A stretch of DNA of 64,000 nucleotides from a bacterium (GTDB lineage: Bacteria; Actinomycetota; Acidimicrobiia; Spongiisociales; ZC4RG35). Location of the stretch: NCBI GenBank assembly GCA_024639335.1, contig JAHEIN010000001.1:1408-65407 (forward strand), given 5' to 3'. This document shows positions 10,207-19,124 of the stretch, one piece after another. The position numbers and the translations under genes were made by a program. The first letter of the stretch is position 1; each line of letters opens with the position of its first letter. Under the pieces are notes generated by a model, which saw nothing but the letters and a program-made list of their open reading frames with translations, was not told the DNA's origin and did not search any database.

Positions 10207-10926
10207 TCAACTGCCGGCGCCCTCGAGGATCAGCCGTATTCGCTCGCGGAGGTCGTCGACATGTGTGCCCTCCCAATACACCCGCCGGCAGGTCGGACAC
10301 AGCCCGAAGCGGTCGTGGCGCACGGCCGCCGATGCGGGGACCCGATCGGCGACCTCCTCTCGCGACGCCGCAGAGAGCAGCTCGTTGCATTCGAGGCACC
10401 GGGTGAGCGGCTGTACCACGGTCGCGAGAGCGAACGACCGAACGACCTCGATCGCCTGATCCGTGGGCTCGACGCTCCGGATGAAGCGCCCATCCCGAAG
10501 CACGGCCCTCATGAGCAGACCACGATCGCGTGTCAGAAGCATCCGAGCTTCAGCCACCGATCGACGAGCGAGATCGGAGTCATCAGCGCCGACTTCGTGA
10601 TCGGCGTCGAAGCCGAGCATCCGCAAGTGCCTCGCGAGCTTTCCCAGGTGATCGTCGAGCAGGAACCGCGGATCGAGCCTCGGCGAGCCGAGCGGATAGC
10701 GCGCCCTCACGGAGATCTCGTCACCGTCGGCGACGTTGGAGCTCCAGGGCTTGGCCTCCCCGTTCACCGTCACCTCGCCGCATTCGACGTGGGGCACTCC
10801 CAGAGACTGCACGACATCGCGCAATCCGGCCGGCAACTCGAGTGTGAGCCTCACCACACCGTCCCGTGTTGCTCGATCGAGATGGTCCCGCAACTCGCCT
10901 GCGAATGAGACCGTGACGCAGAGCAT
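10207..10926 (-). CDS. Mut7-C RNase domain protein (DUF82) with N-terminal ubiquitin-like domain and C-terminal zinc ribbon
   Basis: ORF 10207..11121 trimmed to the ATG at 10926 (MLCVTVSF...). Conserved FLLDDHLGKLARHLRMLGFDA and CxxC...CxxC...YWEGTH zinc-ribbon tail. Confidence 0.7.
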   Translation of the reverse strand: MLCVTVSFAGELRDHLDRATRDGVVRLTLELPAGLRDVVQSLGVPHVECGEVTVNGEAKPWSSNVADGDEISVRARYPLGSPRLDPRFLLDDHLGKLARHLRMLGFDADHEVGADDSDLARRSVAEARMLLTRDRGLLMRAVLRDGRFIRSVEPTDQAIEVVRSFALATVVQPLTRCLECNELLSAASREEVADRVPASAAVRHDRFGLCPTCRRVYWEGTHVDDLRERIRLILEGAGS

Positions 10927-11032
10927 GGCAGTCCCTACCGGGAGCCGGTGACCGGCAGCCGCCACACAGGGGACCTGCGAAAGGTTGGGCAGTCGGTGAT
11001 CGGGATCCCCAGGAACGGCGAGTGATGGCACA

Positions 11033-11593
11033 TCATGACGGGTGATCGGGCTCGAGGCTGAGCCGATGTGTCCAATCGACCTTGACGACGTCGCCGTGGG
11101 AAGGGAATCCGTCGGCCCCACAGGCCCGACCGATCGCCCGAATCACCCCACCGTGGGCGAACACGACGTGCCGGCCAGGGATCAACTCGTCGAGGAAGCC
11201 GAACACGCGCTCGACGAAGTCGGCGGCCGACTCGCCGCCGGGCGATTGAAACGAGTCGAAGTCTCTGAGACCCACCCTGATCGCCTCGTCGAGCTCGCCC
11301 CAAACGGCTCCCTCCAACTCGCCGAAGTCCATCTCACGGAGCCGTCGGTCGATCGACGGCTCGCCGACGGCGATCCGCGCAGTGTCGACGGCACGCGAGA
11401 GGTCGGAGCTCCAGACGCCATCGAACTCGTAGTCGCCGAGGACTTCGCCGAGTCGATCGGCTTGTACCCGGCCGGTCTCGTTGAGCGGCACGTCGGTCCA
11501 TCCCTGGAAGCGCCCAGCGGCGTTCCATTCGGTCTCGCCGTGCCGGACGAGCCAGAGGATGACGGCGGCCGGGCCACTCACCGCAGGCCCCAC
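11033..11593 (-). CDS. Histidine phosphatase family protein (likely alpha-ribazole phosphatase CobC-like)
   Basis: RHG catalytic motif (LVRHGETEWN) and a second His (FAHGGVIR). Last gene of the cobT-cobO operon. The start may be the in-frame GTG at 11563, which would avoid a 16-nt overlap with cobT. Confidence 0.7.
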   Translation of the reverse strand: MGPAVSGPAAVILWLVRHGETEWNAAGRFQGWTDVPLNETGRVQADRLGEVLGDYEFDGVWSSDLSRAVDTARIAVGEPSIDRRLREMDFGELEGAVWGELDEAIRVGLRDFDSFQSPGGESAADFVERVFGFLDELIPGRHVVFAHGGVIRAIGRACGADGFPSHGDVVKVDWTHRLSLEPDHPS

Positions 11594-12567
11594 TCGTCGA
11601 CGGTGGCGACATCGCTCACGGCAACTGCGGCGGCACGGACGATCGGCAGCGCCACGAGCGCGCCGCTTCCCTCTCCGAAACGAAACCCCAGGTCGAGCAG
11701 GGGTGGCTTCGAGAGGATCTCGAGCAATCGACGGTGGCCCGGTTCGGTCGACACGTGGCTCGCAGTGGTGTGATCCAGGGCACCCGGCGTGAGTGCCTCC
11801 AAAACGGCAGCAGCCGCAGTGGTGACGAATCCATCCAGGAGAACGGGGATCGACCGAAGGCGGGCCTCGTAGACCGCCCCGGCGATTGCGGCCATCTCGG
11901 GCCCTCCCAACCGCCGAAGCGCCTCGAGAGGGCTCGTCGCGGCGACCCGGGCGACGGCGGCCGCCACGACCTCCGTCTTCCGCCGCTGCTGATCACCGTC
12001 GATTCCCGATCCGAGGCCGACCCACTCGGGGGCCTCTCCCCCGAAGACCGCATACGACACCGCCGCAGCCGCTGTCGTACTGCCGACACCGATGTCACCG
12101 ACGAGGAGCAGATCGGTGCCCATCGTGGCGGCGGCAACACGGCCTTCGCCGAACGCGCTCTCGAAACGGTCGACAGACATGGCGTCAGCGCCCGATATGT
12201 CCTCGGTGGGCCGCCCCGCTCCGACATCCACCAAGCGCATGGAGGCGCCGAGGTTCGCTGCGAGCACGGTGGACGTCGCAGCGCCGGCCCTCATGGCGTC
12301 GACGGCCGCGATCGTGAAATCCGGCCGCAGGGCGCTCACGCCGTGCTCGGCCACCCCATGGTCGGCGGCGGCGACGAGCAGACCGGGCGACTCGACATCT
12401 GGAGTATCGGTCCGCTGCCACGCTCCGAGCCACGCCGCCACCTCGTCGAGGCGACGGAGTGCGCCACTTGGCCGGAGGAGATTCGCTGCGCGATGCACGA
12501 GCGCAGTCCGGGCCAGAGAGTCCTCTCCCGGCGCTCCGGCCAGCCGGTCGGGCACATCGATCACCAC
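11578..12567 (-). CDS. cobT: Nicotinate-nucleotide--dimethylbenzimidazole phosphoribosyltransferase
   Basis: 329 aa with typical CobT features (AADHGV, GIDGD, LLDGFVT and a GEGSGA-like C-terminus). Confidence 0.85.
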   Translation of the reverse strand: MVIDVPDRLAGAPGEDSLARTALVHRAANLLRPSGALRRLDEVAAWLGAWQRTDTPDVESPGLLVAAADHGVAEHGVSALRPDFTIAAVDAMRAGAATSTVLAANLGASMRLVDVGAGRPTEDISGADAMSVDRFESAFGEGRVAAATMGTDLLLVGDIGVGSTTAAAAVSYAVFGGEAPEWVGLGSGIDGDQQRRKTEVVAAAVARVAATSPLEALRRLGGPEMAAIAGAVYEARLRSIPVLLDGFVTTAAAAVLEALTPGALDHTTASHVSTEPGHRRLLEILSKPPLLDLGFRFGEGSGALVALPIVRAAAVAVSDVATVDEWGLR

Positions 12568-12574
12568 GCCACGG

Positions 12575-13141
12575 TCAGAAATCGAGACCTCGGCGAGCCA
12601 TCACGCCGCGATCATATGCGTGTTTGACCTTTGCCATCTCGGTGACGGTATCGGCGATCTCGACGAGATCTCGTGGCGCGTCCCTTCCCGTGATGATCAC
12701 GTTGACGTGCGCCGGGCGGTTGCGGATCGTCTCGATCACACACGCAACGTCGATCCAAGCCCAGTTCAGCGGGTAGGTCATCTCGTCCAGGATGACGAGT
12801 TCGTATTCGCCGCCCTCGATCACCTCTGCAGCGAATCGCCACGCTTCGTTGGCGACTGCCTCGGACTCGGACATGTCGTCGCTGTCCCAGGTGAACCCGT
12901 CGCCGAGCGCCCACCAGTCGACGCCGAGCTGACGCCCGATCTTCTCTTCTCCGACTTTCCACTCGCCCGACTTGAGGAACTGCACGACCGACACCTTCCA
13001 GCCTCGTGCGAGTGCCCGAAGCATCGTCCCGAAGGCCGCTGTGGACTTGCCCTTGCCATCGCCGGTGTTGACGATGACCAACGATGGCTCGCGCACCGAG
13101 CCGGGATCGGGGGCACTGGTGGGTGGTTGGGTTTCCGACAT
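12575..13141 (-). CDS. cobO: Cob(I)yrinic acid a,c-diamide adenosyltransferase
   Basis: P-loop GDGKGKSTAAFG, KVSVVQFLK, ILDEMTYP and HAYDRGV motifs characteristic of CobO/BtuR. Confidence 0.85.
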   Translation of the reverse strand: MSETQPPTSAPDPGSVREPSLVIVNTGDGKGKSTAAFGTMLRALARGWKVSVVQFLKSGEWKVGEEKIGRQLGVDWWALGDGFTWDSDDMSESEAVANEAWRFAAEVIEGGEYELVILDEMTYPLNWAWIDVACVIETIRNRPAHVNVIITGRDAPRDLVEIADTVTEMAKVKHAYDRGVMARRGLDF

Positions 13142-13155
13142 CTCTTTCCTCGTGC

Positions 13156-13977
13156 TCAGCGGTGCGAAGCCATCCTTCCAGACCCACCGGCTTCTCGGGA
13201 ATCGCCCGTTCGGATCGGAATGACGATCAGGCCGTCGCCATCGGAGATCACCCGCACCCGTGCGCCGTAGTGGCGACGGATCGTGTCGGCCGTGAGCACG
13301 CCTTCGGCACTGCCCTGGGCGACGATCGATCCGCCTGACAGCATCACCAGACGGTCACAGAACTGCGCAGCGAGGGTGAGATCGTGAACCGCGGAGATCA
13401 CGGTGAGCCCGCAGCTCCTGCGGATCGCATCGATGTGGTCGAGGACTTCCATGCGCACGCCGACGTCGAGCGCGCTCGTCGGTTCGTCCAATAGCAACAC
13501 CGGGCTCGCCTGCGCAAGTGCTCGGGCGATCACCACCCGTTGGCGTTCGCCGCCCGACAACCTGTCGACAGGTGTGGTCGCATGGTCTGCGAGGTCGAGA
13601 TCGCAGATGGCGATGTTGGCGGCGACGACATCCTCGGTCGACTCGACCCCGAGTCGGGTGAGATACGGCGTCCTGCCCAGCATCACGTAGTCGATCACGG
13701 TCATACCAGCCGGGATCACCGGGTTCTGAGGGACCAGCGCAACACGTCGCGCCCGCTCCCTCGAACTCATCGACGCGATGGCCTCATCCCCGATGTCGAT
13801 CCGGCCGGTGCTTGCAACCAGACCGGCGATCGCCTCGAGCACGCTTGTTTTGCCGGCTCCATTCGGACCGATGAGCCCGAGCCACTCTCCATTGCCCAAC
13901 GAGAGATCGAGATCCTGGACAACCACCGACCCGCTGCGCTGAACGGTCAACCCCGAGATGTCCATCGCCCCGTTCAC
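13156..13977 (-). CDS. ABC transporter ATP-binding protein (FecE/BtuD-like)
   Basis: Walker A GPNGAGKTS, signature LSGGERQRV, Walker B LLLDEPTSALD. Directly downstream of a FecCD permease. Confidence 0.85.
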   Translation of the reverse strand: MNGAMDISGLTVQRSGSVVVQDLDLSLGNGEWLGLIGPNGAGKTSVLEAIAGLVASTGRIDIGDEAIASMSSRERARRVALVPQNPVIPAGMTVIDYVMLGRTPYLTRLGVESTEDVVAANIAICDLDLADHATTPVDRLSGGERQRVVIARALAQASPVLLLDEPTSALDVGVRMEVLDHIDAIRRSCGLTVISAVHDLTLAAQFCDRLVMLSGGSIVAQGSAEGVLTADTIRRHYGARVRVISDGDGLIVIPIRTGDSREAGGSGRMASHR

Positions 13978-15014
13978 AGGTTCCTCCTGGACGTCCGCAG
14001 CACGAGCACGAAGAACGGCGCGCCGAGGAACGACGTTACGACCCCGATCGGCAGCTCCGCCGGCGACATCAAACCTCTGGCTGCGATGTCGGCTGCGACG
14101 AGAAACCCGGCACCGCTGAGCAGCGAGAGCGGGAGCACGACGCGATAGCTGGTGCCGACGAAGAGGCGCACAGCATGAGGCACGATGATCCCGACGAACG
14201 CAATCAGGCCGCTGACGGCCACGGCTGCGGCGGTGCCTGCCGTTGCGGCCAACACGACCACGGTCCTGACGCGGTTCACATCGACTCCCAACGATGCCGC
14301 CTCGTCGTCACCCACGGCGAGCATGTCGAGGGTGCGTCGGTATCTGAGCATCACGAGCGTCGACACCACCGCATATGGGGCAAGCAGAGCGACCTCCGTC
14401 CACCCCGACGTGGACAGCCGGCCGAGGATCCAGGCGAACACCTCTCGTAGCGATTCTGAGTTCCGCTGCTGTACAAAAGTGGTAGCCGCCGTGAGAAACG
14501 ACGCAATGGCGACACCAGCGAGAATCAGCGTGGTGGCCGACCGGTCGCCCATCGTCCGGCCGAGTGCGAACGTCGCAACCACCGCTCCCACACCACCGAC
14601 GAATGCCGACGGCACCAGCAGCGCAGCGGGAAGCCCGGTGACGATCGCCAGGGTGGCACCAAGTGCTGCGCCGGCGGCGATCCCCAGGAGATACGGATCC
14701 GCCAGCGGATTGCGAAAGACGCCTTGATACGCTGCGCCCGACAGCGCCAGTGTGCCCCCGACCATCATGCCCAGCACAACGCGAGGGAATCGCCAAGACC
14801 AGAGAATGTCCCGCTGGATCTCCGTCAACTCGGATTCGACTCCCAGACCGGGAATGCGCGAGAGCACCTCGCCCAAGATCTGGGAAACCCCGATGTCTGC
14901 AGGTCCGAGGAGAGCACCTGTCACGAGCGCCGCAGCAACCAGGATCGCGACCACACCGACCGAGAACCAGCTCAGGCGGGTCGGCGTTGCGAGTCGTGTC
15001 GGAATTGCGGTCAT
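13974..15014 (-). CDS. FecCD-family ABC permease (BtuC-like)
   Basis: About 9 TM helices and a conserved FecCD signature region (LLGIAAGAALGA...). Start trimmed to the ATG at 15014 (MTAIPTRL), giving a 4-nt overlap with the upstream binding-protein gene. Confidence 0.8.
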   Translation of the reverse strand: MTAIPTRLATPTRLSWFSVGVVAILVAAALVTGALLGPADIGVSQILGEVLSRIPGLGVESELTEIQRDILWSWRFPRVVLGMMVGGTLALSGAAYQGVFRNPLADPYLLGIAAGAALGATLAIVTGLPAALLVPSAFVGGVGAVVATFALGRTMGDRSATTLILAGVAIASFLTAATTFVQQRNSESLREVFAWILGRLSTSGWTEVALLAPYAVVSTLVMLRYRRTLDMLAVGDDEAASLGVDVNRVRTVVVLAATAGTAAAVAVSGLIAFVGIIVPHAVRLFVGTSYRVVLPLSLLSGAGFLVAADIAARGLMSPAELPIGVVTSFLGAPFFVLVLRTSRRNL

Positions 15015-16021
15015 CCGTCCAGCCCCACGATCGCGTCGGATACGGCCCGGAAGAACTCGACGAGTCGCGGCCCCCACCTGGAGGACACGTCGTCGTCGAC
15101 GACCGTGATGGCCCCGCGGCCGACTGCAGAGACGTTGTCCCAGCCGGGCCGTTCGGCGACCGTCTCGGGCGTGTCGCCGCAGCAGTCGGTCACGAAGATC
15201 AGATCCGGATCGGCCTCGATCACGTACTCCGCCGACAGCTGGGGGTACCCGAAGCCGTCGACATCGGCCGGGTCGGCGATGTTCACGAGCCCGAACGCTG
15301 CGTACACCAGTCCGATGAAGGTCTCGGAGGTGATCGAATAGAGCGTCGGGTCCAGCTCGTGATAGACGGTGAGACCGTCGGCACGGGTCCCGGCGTCGTC
15401 GATGGCGGCCTGGATCTCGGCTTCGAGGACGGCTGCCGCGTCCTCGGCGGACTCCGCGCTGCCCGTCGCAGCGCCGAGGATTCGGAGCTGCTGATAGACG
15501 TCGGCGAACTCGGCCGCTGCGGGCAGCAACAGCACGGGGACACCGACTGTTTCGAGGGCACCCACGATGCCGTCGAGGTCGTTGGCGACGATGACGAGGT
15601 CCGGGGCGTAGGCGCCGATCGCCTCGAGGTTCGGTGTGAACCCGGAGAGTTCCGTCACCGGCGCCTCCTCTGGGTGATAGGAGAACTCGTCGACAGCCAC
15701 CACCTGATCACCCGCTCCGATCGCGAAGAGCATCTCGGTGGCGGTCGGAGAAAGCGAAACGATGGCCTCGGGCCGGGCGGGAACCTCCACTGTCCCGTTG
15801 GCCGCCTCGATCCGGGCGAATGGACGATCGAAGTCTGCAACCGCAGTGGTGGTCGTTTCGGGCTCCTGAGCGACGGTTGTCGCCGGCAGGGTCGTCGGAA
15901 CCTGGGCCTGTCCGGTTGACTCGACGGCGGTGTCGGTCGTCGTGTTTCCGCAGCCAGCCAGCGTGATCGCAAGAACGCCGAGGATGGCGGTCAGTCTCCC
16001 AAGGCGATTCGAGTCTTTCAC
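15011..16021 (-). CDS. Periplasmic-binding-protein (BtuF/FhuD-like) lipoprotein of the ABC importer
   Basis: GTG start at 16021 with GGAGGA 6 nt upstream. Lipobox LAITLAGCG. PBP type-III fold features. First gene downstream of the cobalamin riboswitch. Confidence 0.75.
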   Translation of the reverse strand: MKDSNRLGRLTAILGVLAITLAGCGNTTTDTAVESTGQAQVPTTLPATTVAQEPETTTTAVADFDRPFARIEAANGTVEVPARPEAIVSLSPTATEMLFAIGAGDQVVAVDEFSYHPEEAPVTELSGFTPNLEAIGAYAPDLVIVANDLDGIVGALETVGVPVLLLPAAAEFADVYQQLRILGAATGSAESAEDAAAVLEAEIQAAIDDAGTRADGLTVYHELDPTLYSITSETFIGLVYAAFGLVNIADPADVDGFGYPQLSAEYVIEADPDLIFVTDCCGDTPETVAERPGWDNVSAVGRGAITVVDDDVSSRWGPRLVEFFRAVSDAIVGLDG

Positions 16022-16099
16022 TGCGCATCCTCCGATGTTCGGAGGATGAAGGGGTGACACGCCAGGCCGAGGCCGGGAACGAGACAAGCCTTCATCCGA

Positions 16100-16285
16100 G
16101 GTTGTGATTCGTCACGGACGGCGAGGCGACCTGGCTCGGCCCTGAGGGGCTCCACAGTTGCGGGACAGCGCCGGGTTCACACCGGACTTCGCTCTCCGAC
16201 CGTGTCCGGCGGTAGTGCCGGATACCCGACACGCTAGCAACCATCACAGGCGGTTGCGCCGCACCCCGCACTACCGTTCTCGGCG
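16100..16285 (-). promoter_or_regulatory. Cobalamin (B12) riboswitch controlling the btuF-like/permease/ATPase/cobO/cobT/cobC operon
   Basis: Minus-strand RNA reads GAGAGCGAAGUCCGGUGUGAACCCGGCGCUGUCCCGCAACUGUGG (plus-strand core 16152..16190). This matches the aptamer core GGGAA-CCGGUG-GAA-CCGG-CUG-CCCGC-ACUGU including the B12 box. An 8-bp outer helix is formed by GGUAGUGC/GCACUACC. Downstream expression-platform helices overlap the SD. Confidence 0.75.
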
Positions 16286-17911
16286 ATGTCCCAGAGCTCC
16301 GAGTTCGCAGACGACTACCACCGATATCGCCAATCCACGGATCACTATCGCCTCCTGTGGGACGGCGATCTCGACCAGATCGAGCGCTGGGAGGACATCG
16401 CACCGGATGGGCTGGAGATGCGAATCGGCGAGCTACGGCGCTTCGCAGACGAGGCAGATCGCCTGGGGGCGAGCGACGCCGCGGAACAAGCGTTGACCGA
16501 GACGATCTCGTTCACGGCTCGGTCTGCCGCCAACCGGCTGATCTGGCGGAGCGAGTTGGAGTTTCCCAACCCGGCGATCGGGCTCATCCCGACGGTCCTC
16601 ACGTTCCTTCCCAGATACTCACTGGTGAGCGAAGACCATGGCGACCGGTATCACGAGAAGCTCCGTTCACTCCCGGCTTTCCTCGAAGCGGCGGGCGCCG
16701 CCCTGCGTGCAGACGATGGCCCGCTTCCGCTGAAACGCCACCTCACCGAGACGATCGCAGTGATCGATGCACAGTTGACGAGGGACGACTCGGCCAACCC
16801 GCTGATGGCTCAGCCACCGCCGACCGGTGCGTCCGCCGAGTACCGGGAGCGCTGGCAGCAAGAAAGCAATCGCCTGATCCACGAGAAAGTCCATCCGTCA
16901 CTGGGTCGCTATCGGGATGCGCTCGTATCGGCAGCCGATTTCGGGCGGGAAGACAGCCTGCCGGGGCTCTGCCACACAGAAGGTGGCGCCGACCTCTACC
17001 GCGACCTCATCTGGTCGCACACCTCGCTCGGGCTCTCAGGGGAAGAGGTGCACCAGATCGGTCTCGATCAGGTCGCCCGGCTCGAGGACGAGTACCGATC
17101 ACTCGCCGGCCCGATCCTGGAAACCCGGGACATCGGAGAGATCTACGCCCGCCTCAGAGACGATCCGGAGCTGACCTACCGGGATGGAGCGCAGCTCGTG
17201 GCCGATGCGTCGAGGGCCCTCGAGCGGGCTGCCGCCGCTGCCCCTGACTGGTTCGGGGCGCTCCCCGAGTCACCATGCATCGCCGAAGAGATCGCACAGG
17301 GCGGGCTGGCCTTCTACTCCAAGCCACTGCCGGAGGCCGCGAAGCCCGGACGCTTCTTCTTCAACACCTCAGACCCGTCTGCCTGGAAGACCTTCCAGCT
17401 CGAGGCAGTCACGTTCCACGAGTCGATCCCGGGCCACCATCTCCAGCTGGCACTGGTGGTCGAGACCGACGACATCCACGGAGTTCACACCGATCTCCCG
17501 GTCACCGTCTATGCCGAAGGCTGGGGGCTGTACACCGAACGGCTCGCCGACGAAATGGGTCTGTACTCGTCGGAGCTGAACCGGATCGGGATGCTCGCAG
17601 CGGACTCGATGCGGGCGTGCCGCCTCGTCACCGATACCGGGGTGCATGCGCTGGGATGGTCCAGAGACCAAGCGGTCGACTACGTGCTCGAACACTCACC
17701 GTTGAGCCGACGCATCGCAGAGGGCGAGATCGACCGGTACATCGGGATGCCAGGTCAGGCGCTGTCCTACATGATCGGTCGCCTCGAGATCGACCGTCTC
17801 CGGGCCGAAGCAGAGCAGCGCCCGGGCTTCGACATCAAAGCCTTCCATGACGCCGTGTTGGCGAAGGGAATGGTTCCGCTGGGCACCCTCAGGCGACTCG
17901 TGCTCGGCTGA
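16286..17911 (+). CDS. DUF885 family protein (paralog of 3567..5222)
   Basis: 541 aa with HESIPGHHLQ hallmark. Collinear similarity with the other DUF885 gene. Confidence 0.8.
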   Translation: MSQSSEFADDYHRYRQSTDHYRLLWDGDLDQIERWEDIAPDGLEMRIGELRRFADEADRLGASDAAEQALTETISFTARSAANRLIWRSELEFPNPAIGLIPTVLTFLPRYSLVSEDHGDRYHEKLRSLPAFLEAAGAALRADDGPLPLKRHLTETIAVIDAQLTRDDSANPLMAQPPPTGASAEYRERWQQESNRLIHEKVHPSLGRYRDALVSAADFGREDSLPGLCHTEGGADLYRDLIWSHTSLGLSGEEVHQIGLDQVARLEDEYRSLAGPILETRDIGEIYARLRDDPELTYRDGAQLVADASRALERAAAAAPDWFGALPESPCIAEEIAQGGLAFYSKPLPEAAKPGRFFFNTSDPSAWKTFQLEAVTFHESIPGHHLQLALVVETDDIHGVHTDLPVTVYAEGWGLYTERLADEMGLYSSELNRIGMLAADSMRACRLVTDTGVHALGWSRDQAVDYVLEHSPLSRRIAEGEIDRYIGMPGQALSYMIGRLEIDRLRAEAEQRPGFDIKAFHDAVLAKGMVPLGTLRRLVLG

Positions 17912-17984
17912 CCCGGCTGTCCGAAGAGCGCCATGCGCTCACCCGACTACCGATCACCGAGAGCTCAGACGCCAACCCCGGTGA

Positions 17985-19118
17985 TCAGCCCTGGTCGTCT
18001 CGGGCGCCGAGCTCGATGGCGAAGGTCTCCACACTGCCGTTCCGGTCGATCACCAGCTCGACCGAGTCGCCGGCTTCGAACGCTCTGACCTGCGCTCCGA
18101 GGTCGGCCGGCTCGGCGATCGGGACACCGTTGATTGAGAGCACCGTGTCACCGACACGAATCCCTGCCGCTGCGGCTGCGGTGCCTGCTGTGACCTCTGA
18201 AACGACGGCGCCCGCCGACAGATCTGAGGTGTTGTCCAGCCTGACGCCGAGGAATCCCGCCACGAACTCGCCACCCGAGACGAGCGCCTCGGAGACCCGG
18301 AACGCCCTGTCGATCGGGACGGCGAAGCCGACCCCGTCGTTCGCTCCCGAAGTGGAATAGATCGAGACGTTGATCCCGATCACCCGGCCCGACCGGTCGA
18401 CCAGCGGACCGCCCGAGTTGCCGGGATTGATGGACGCATCGGTCTGAAGCATCGAGCGAGGCACGCCTTGGCCGCTGAGGATGGTTCGATCCACTGCGGA
18501 CACGATTCCAGACGTGACAGTGGAGTCGAGGCCCCAGGGGCTCCCCAGGGCGATCGCTAGCGACCCCGGCCTGGGCTTGTCGTCGAGGGCGAGCGGGGCG
18601 GCGGAATAGGGGCCGCCGCCGATGGAGATCACAGCGATGTCGTTGTTGACGTCCTGGCCGATCACCTGGCCGACGACCTTGTTTCCATCAGAGAGGCGCA
18701 CCCGAACCTCGTCGAGCCCCTGAACGACATGTTCGGCGGTCATGATGAAGCCATTCGGGTCGTAGATCACGCCGGTGCCCACGCCTCGTTCGATGCCGTT
18801 GTTGACGACCTCGATCTGCACGACCGAAGGCAGCAGAGCCTCGGCAACATCGGCCACCGGCTCGTCCCCGGGAACGATCACGAGGGGATCGGTCTCCACA
18901 TCGACCGTCGATGACGGCCTGATGGTCGTGGTGGTGGTCGACTCGACGAAAGAGGCCGCAACTTCTGTGGGGGTCTCTGCGCTCTCATCGGAGGCGGGCT
19001 CGGTGAAGAGCCATCCGATGCCGATGCCCGACACGAAGAGGGCGACGGCAGTGAGGAGCGTGGCGATACGGCCTGCCCGGCGAGGTGGTTCGGAAGGGAT
19101 TGGATGATCCATGGTCAC
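17985..19118 (-). CDS. HtrA/DegP-family serine protease with C-terminal PDZ domain (PepD-like)
   Basis: N-terminal TM anchor. Catalytic triad contexts TAEHVV / DIAVI / GNSGGPLVD. C-terminal PDZ (LGVRLDN...VLSINGVPI). 6 nt downstream of the histidine kinase gene. Confidence 0.85.
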   Translation of the reverse strand: MTMDHPIPSEPPRRAGRIATLLTAVALFVSGIGIGWLFTEPASDESAETPTEVAASFVESTTTTTIRPSSTVDVETDPLVIVPGDEPVADVAEALLPSVVQIEVVNNGIERGVGTGVIYDPNGFIMTAEHVVQGLDEVRVRLSDGNKVVGQVIGQDVNNDIAVISIGGGPYSAAPLALDDKPRPGSLAIALGSPWGLDSTVTSGIVSAVDRTILSGQGVPRSMLQTDASINPGNSGGPLVDRSGRVIGINVSIYSTSGANDGVGFAVPIDRAFRVSEALVSGGEFVAGFLGVRLDNTSDLSAGAVVSEVTAGTAAAAAGIRVGDTVLSINGVPIAEPADLGAQVRAFEAGDSVELVIDRNGSVETFAIELGARDDQG

Positions 19119-19124
19119 TCGTCA

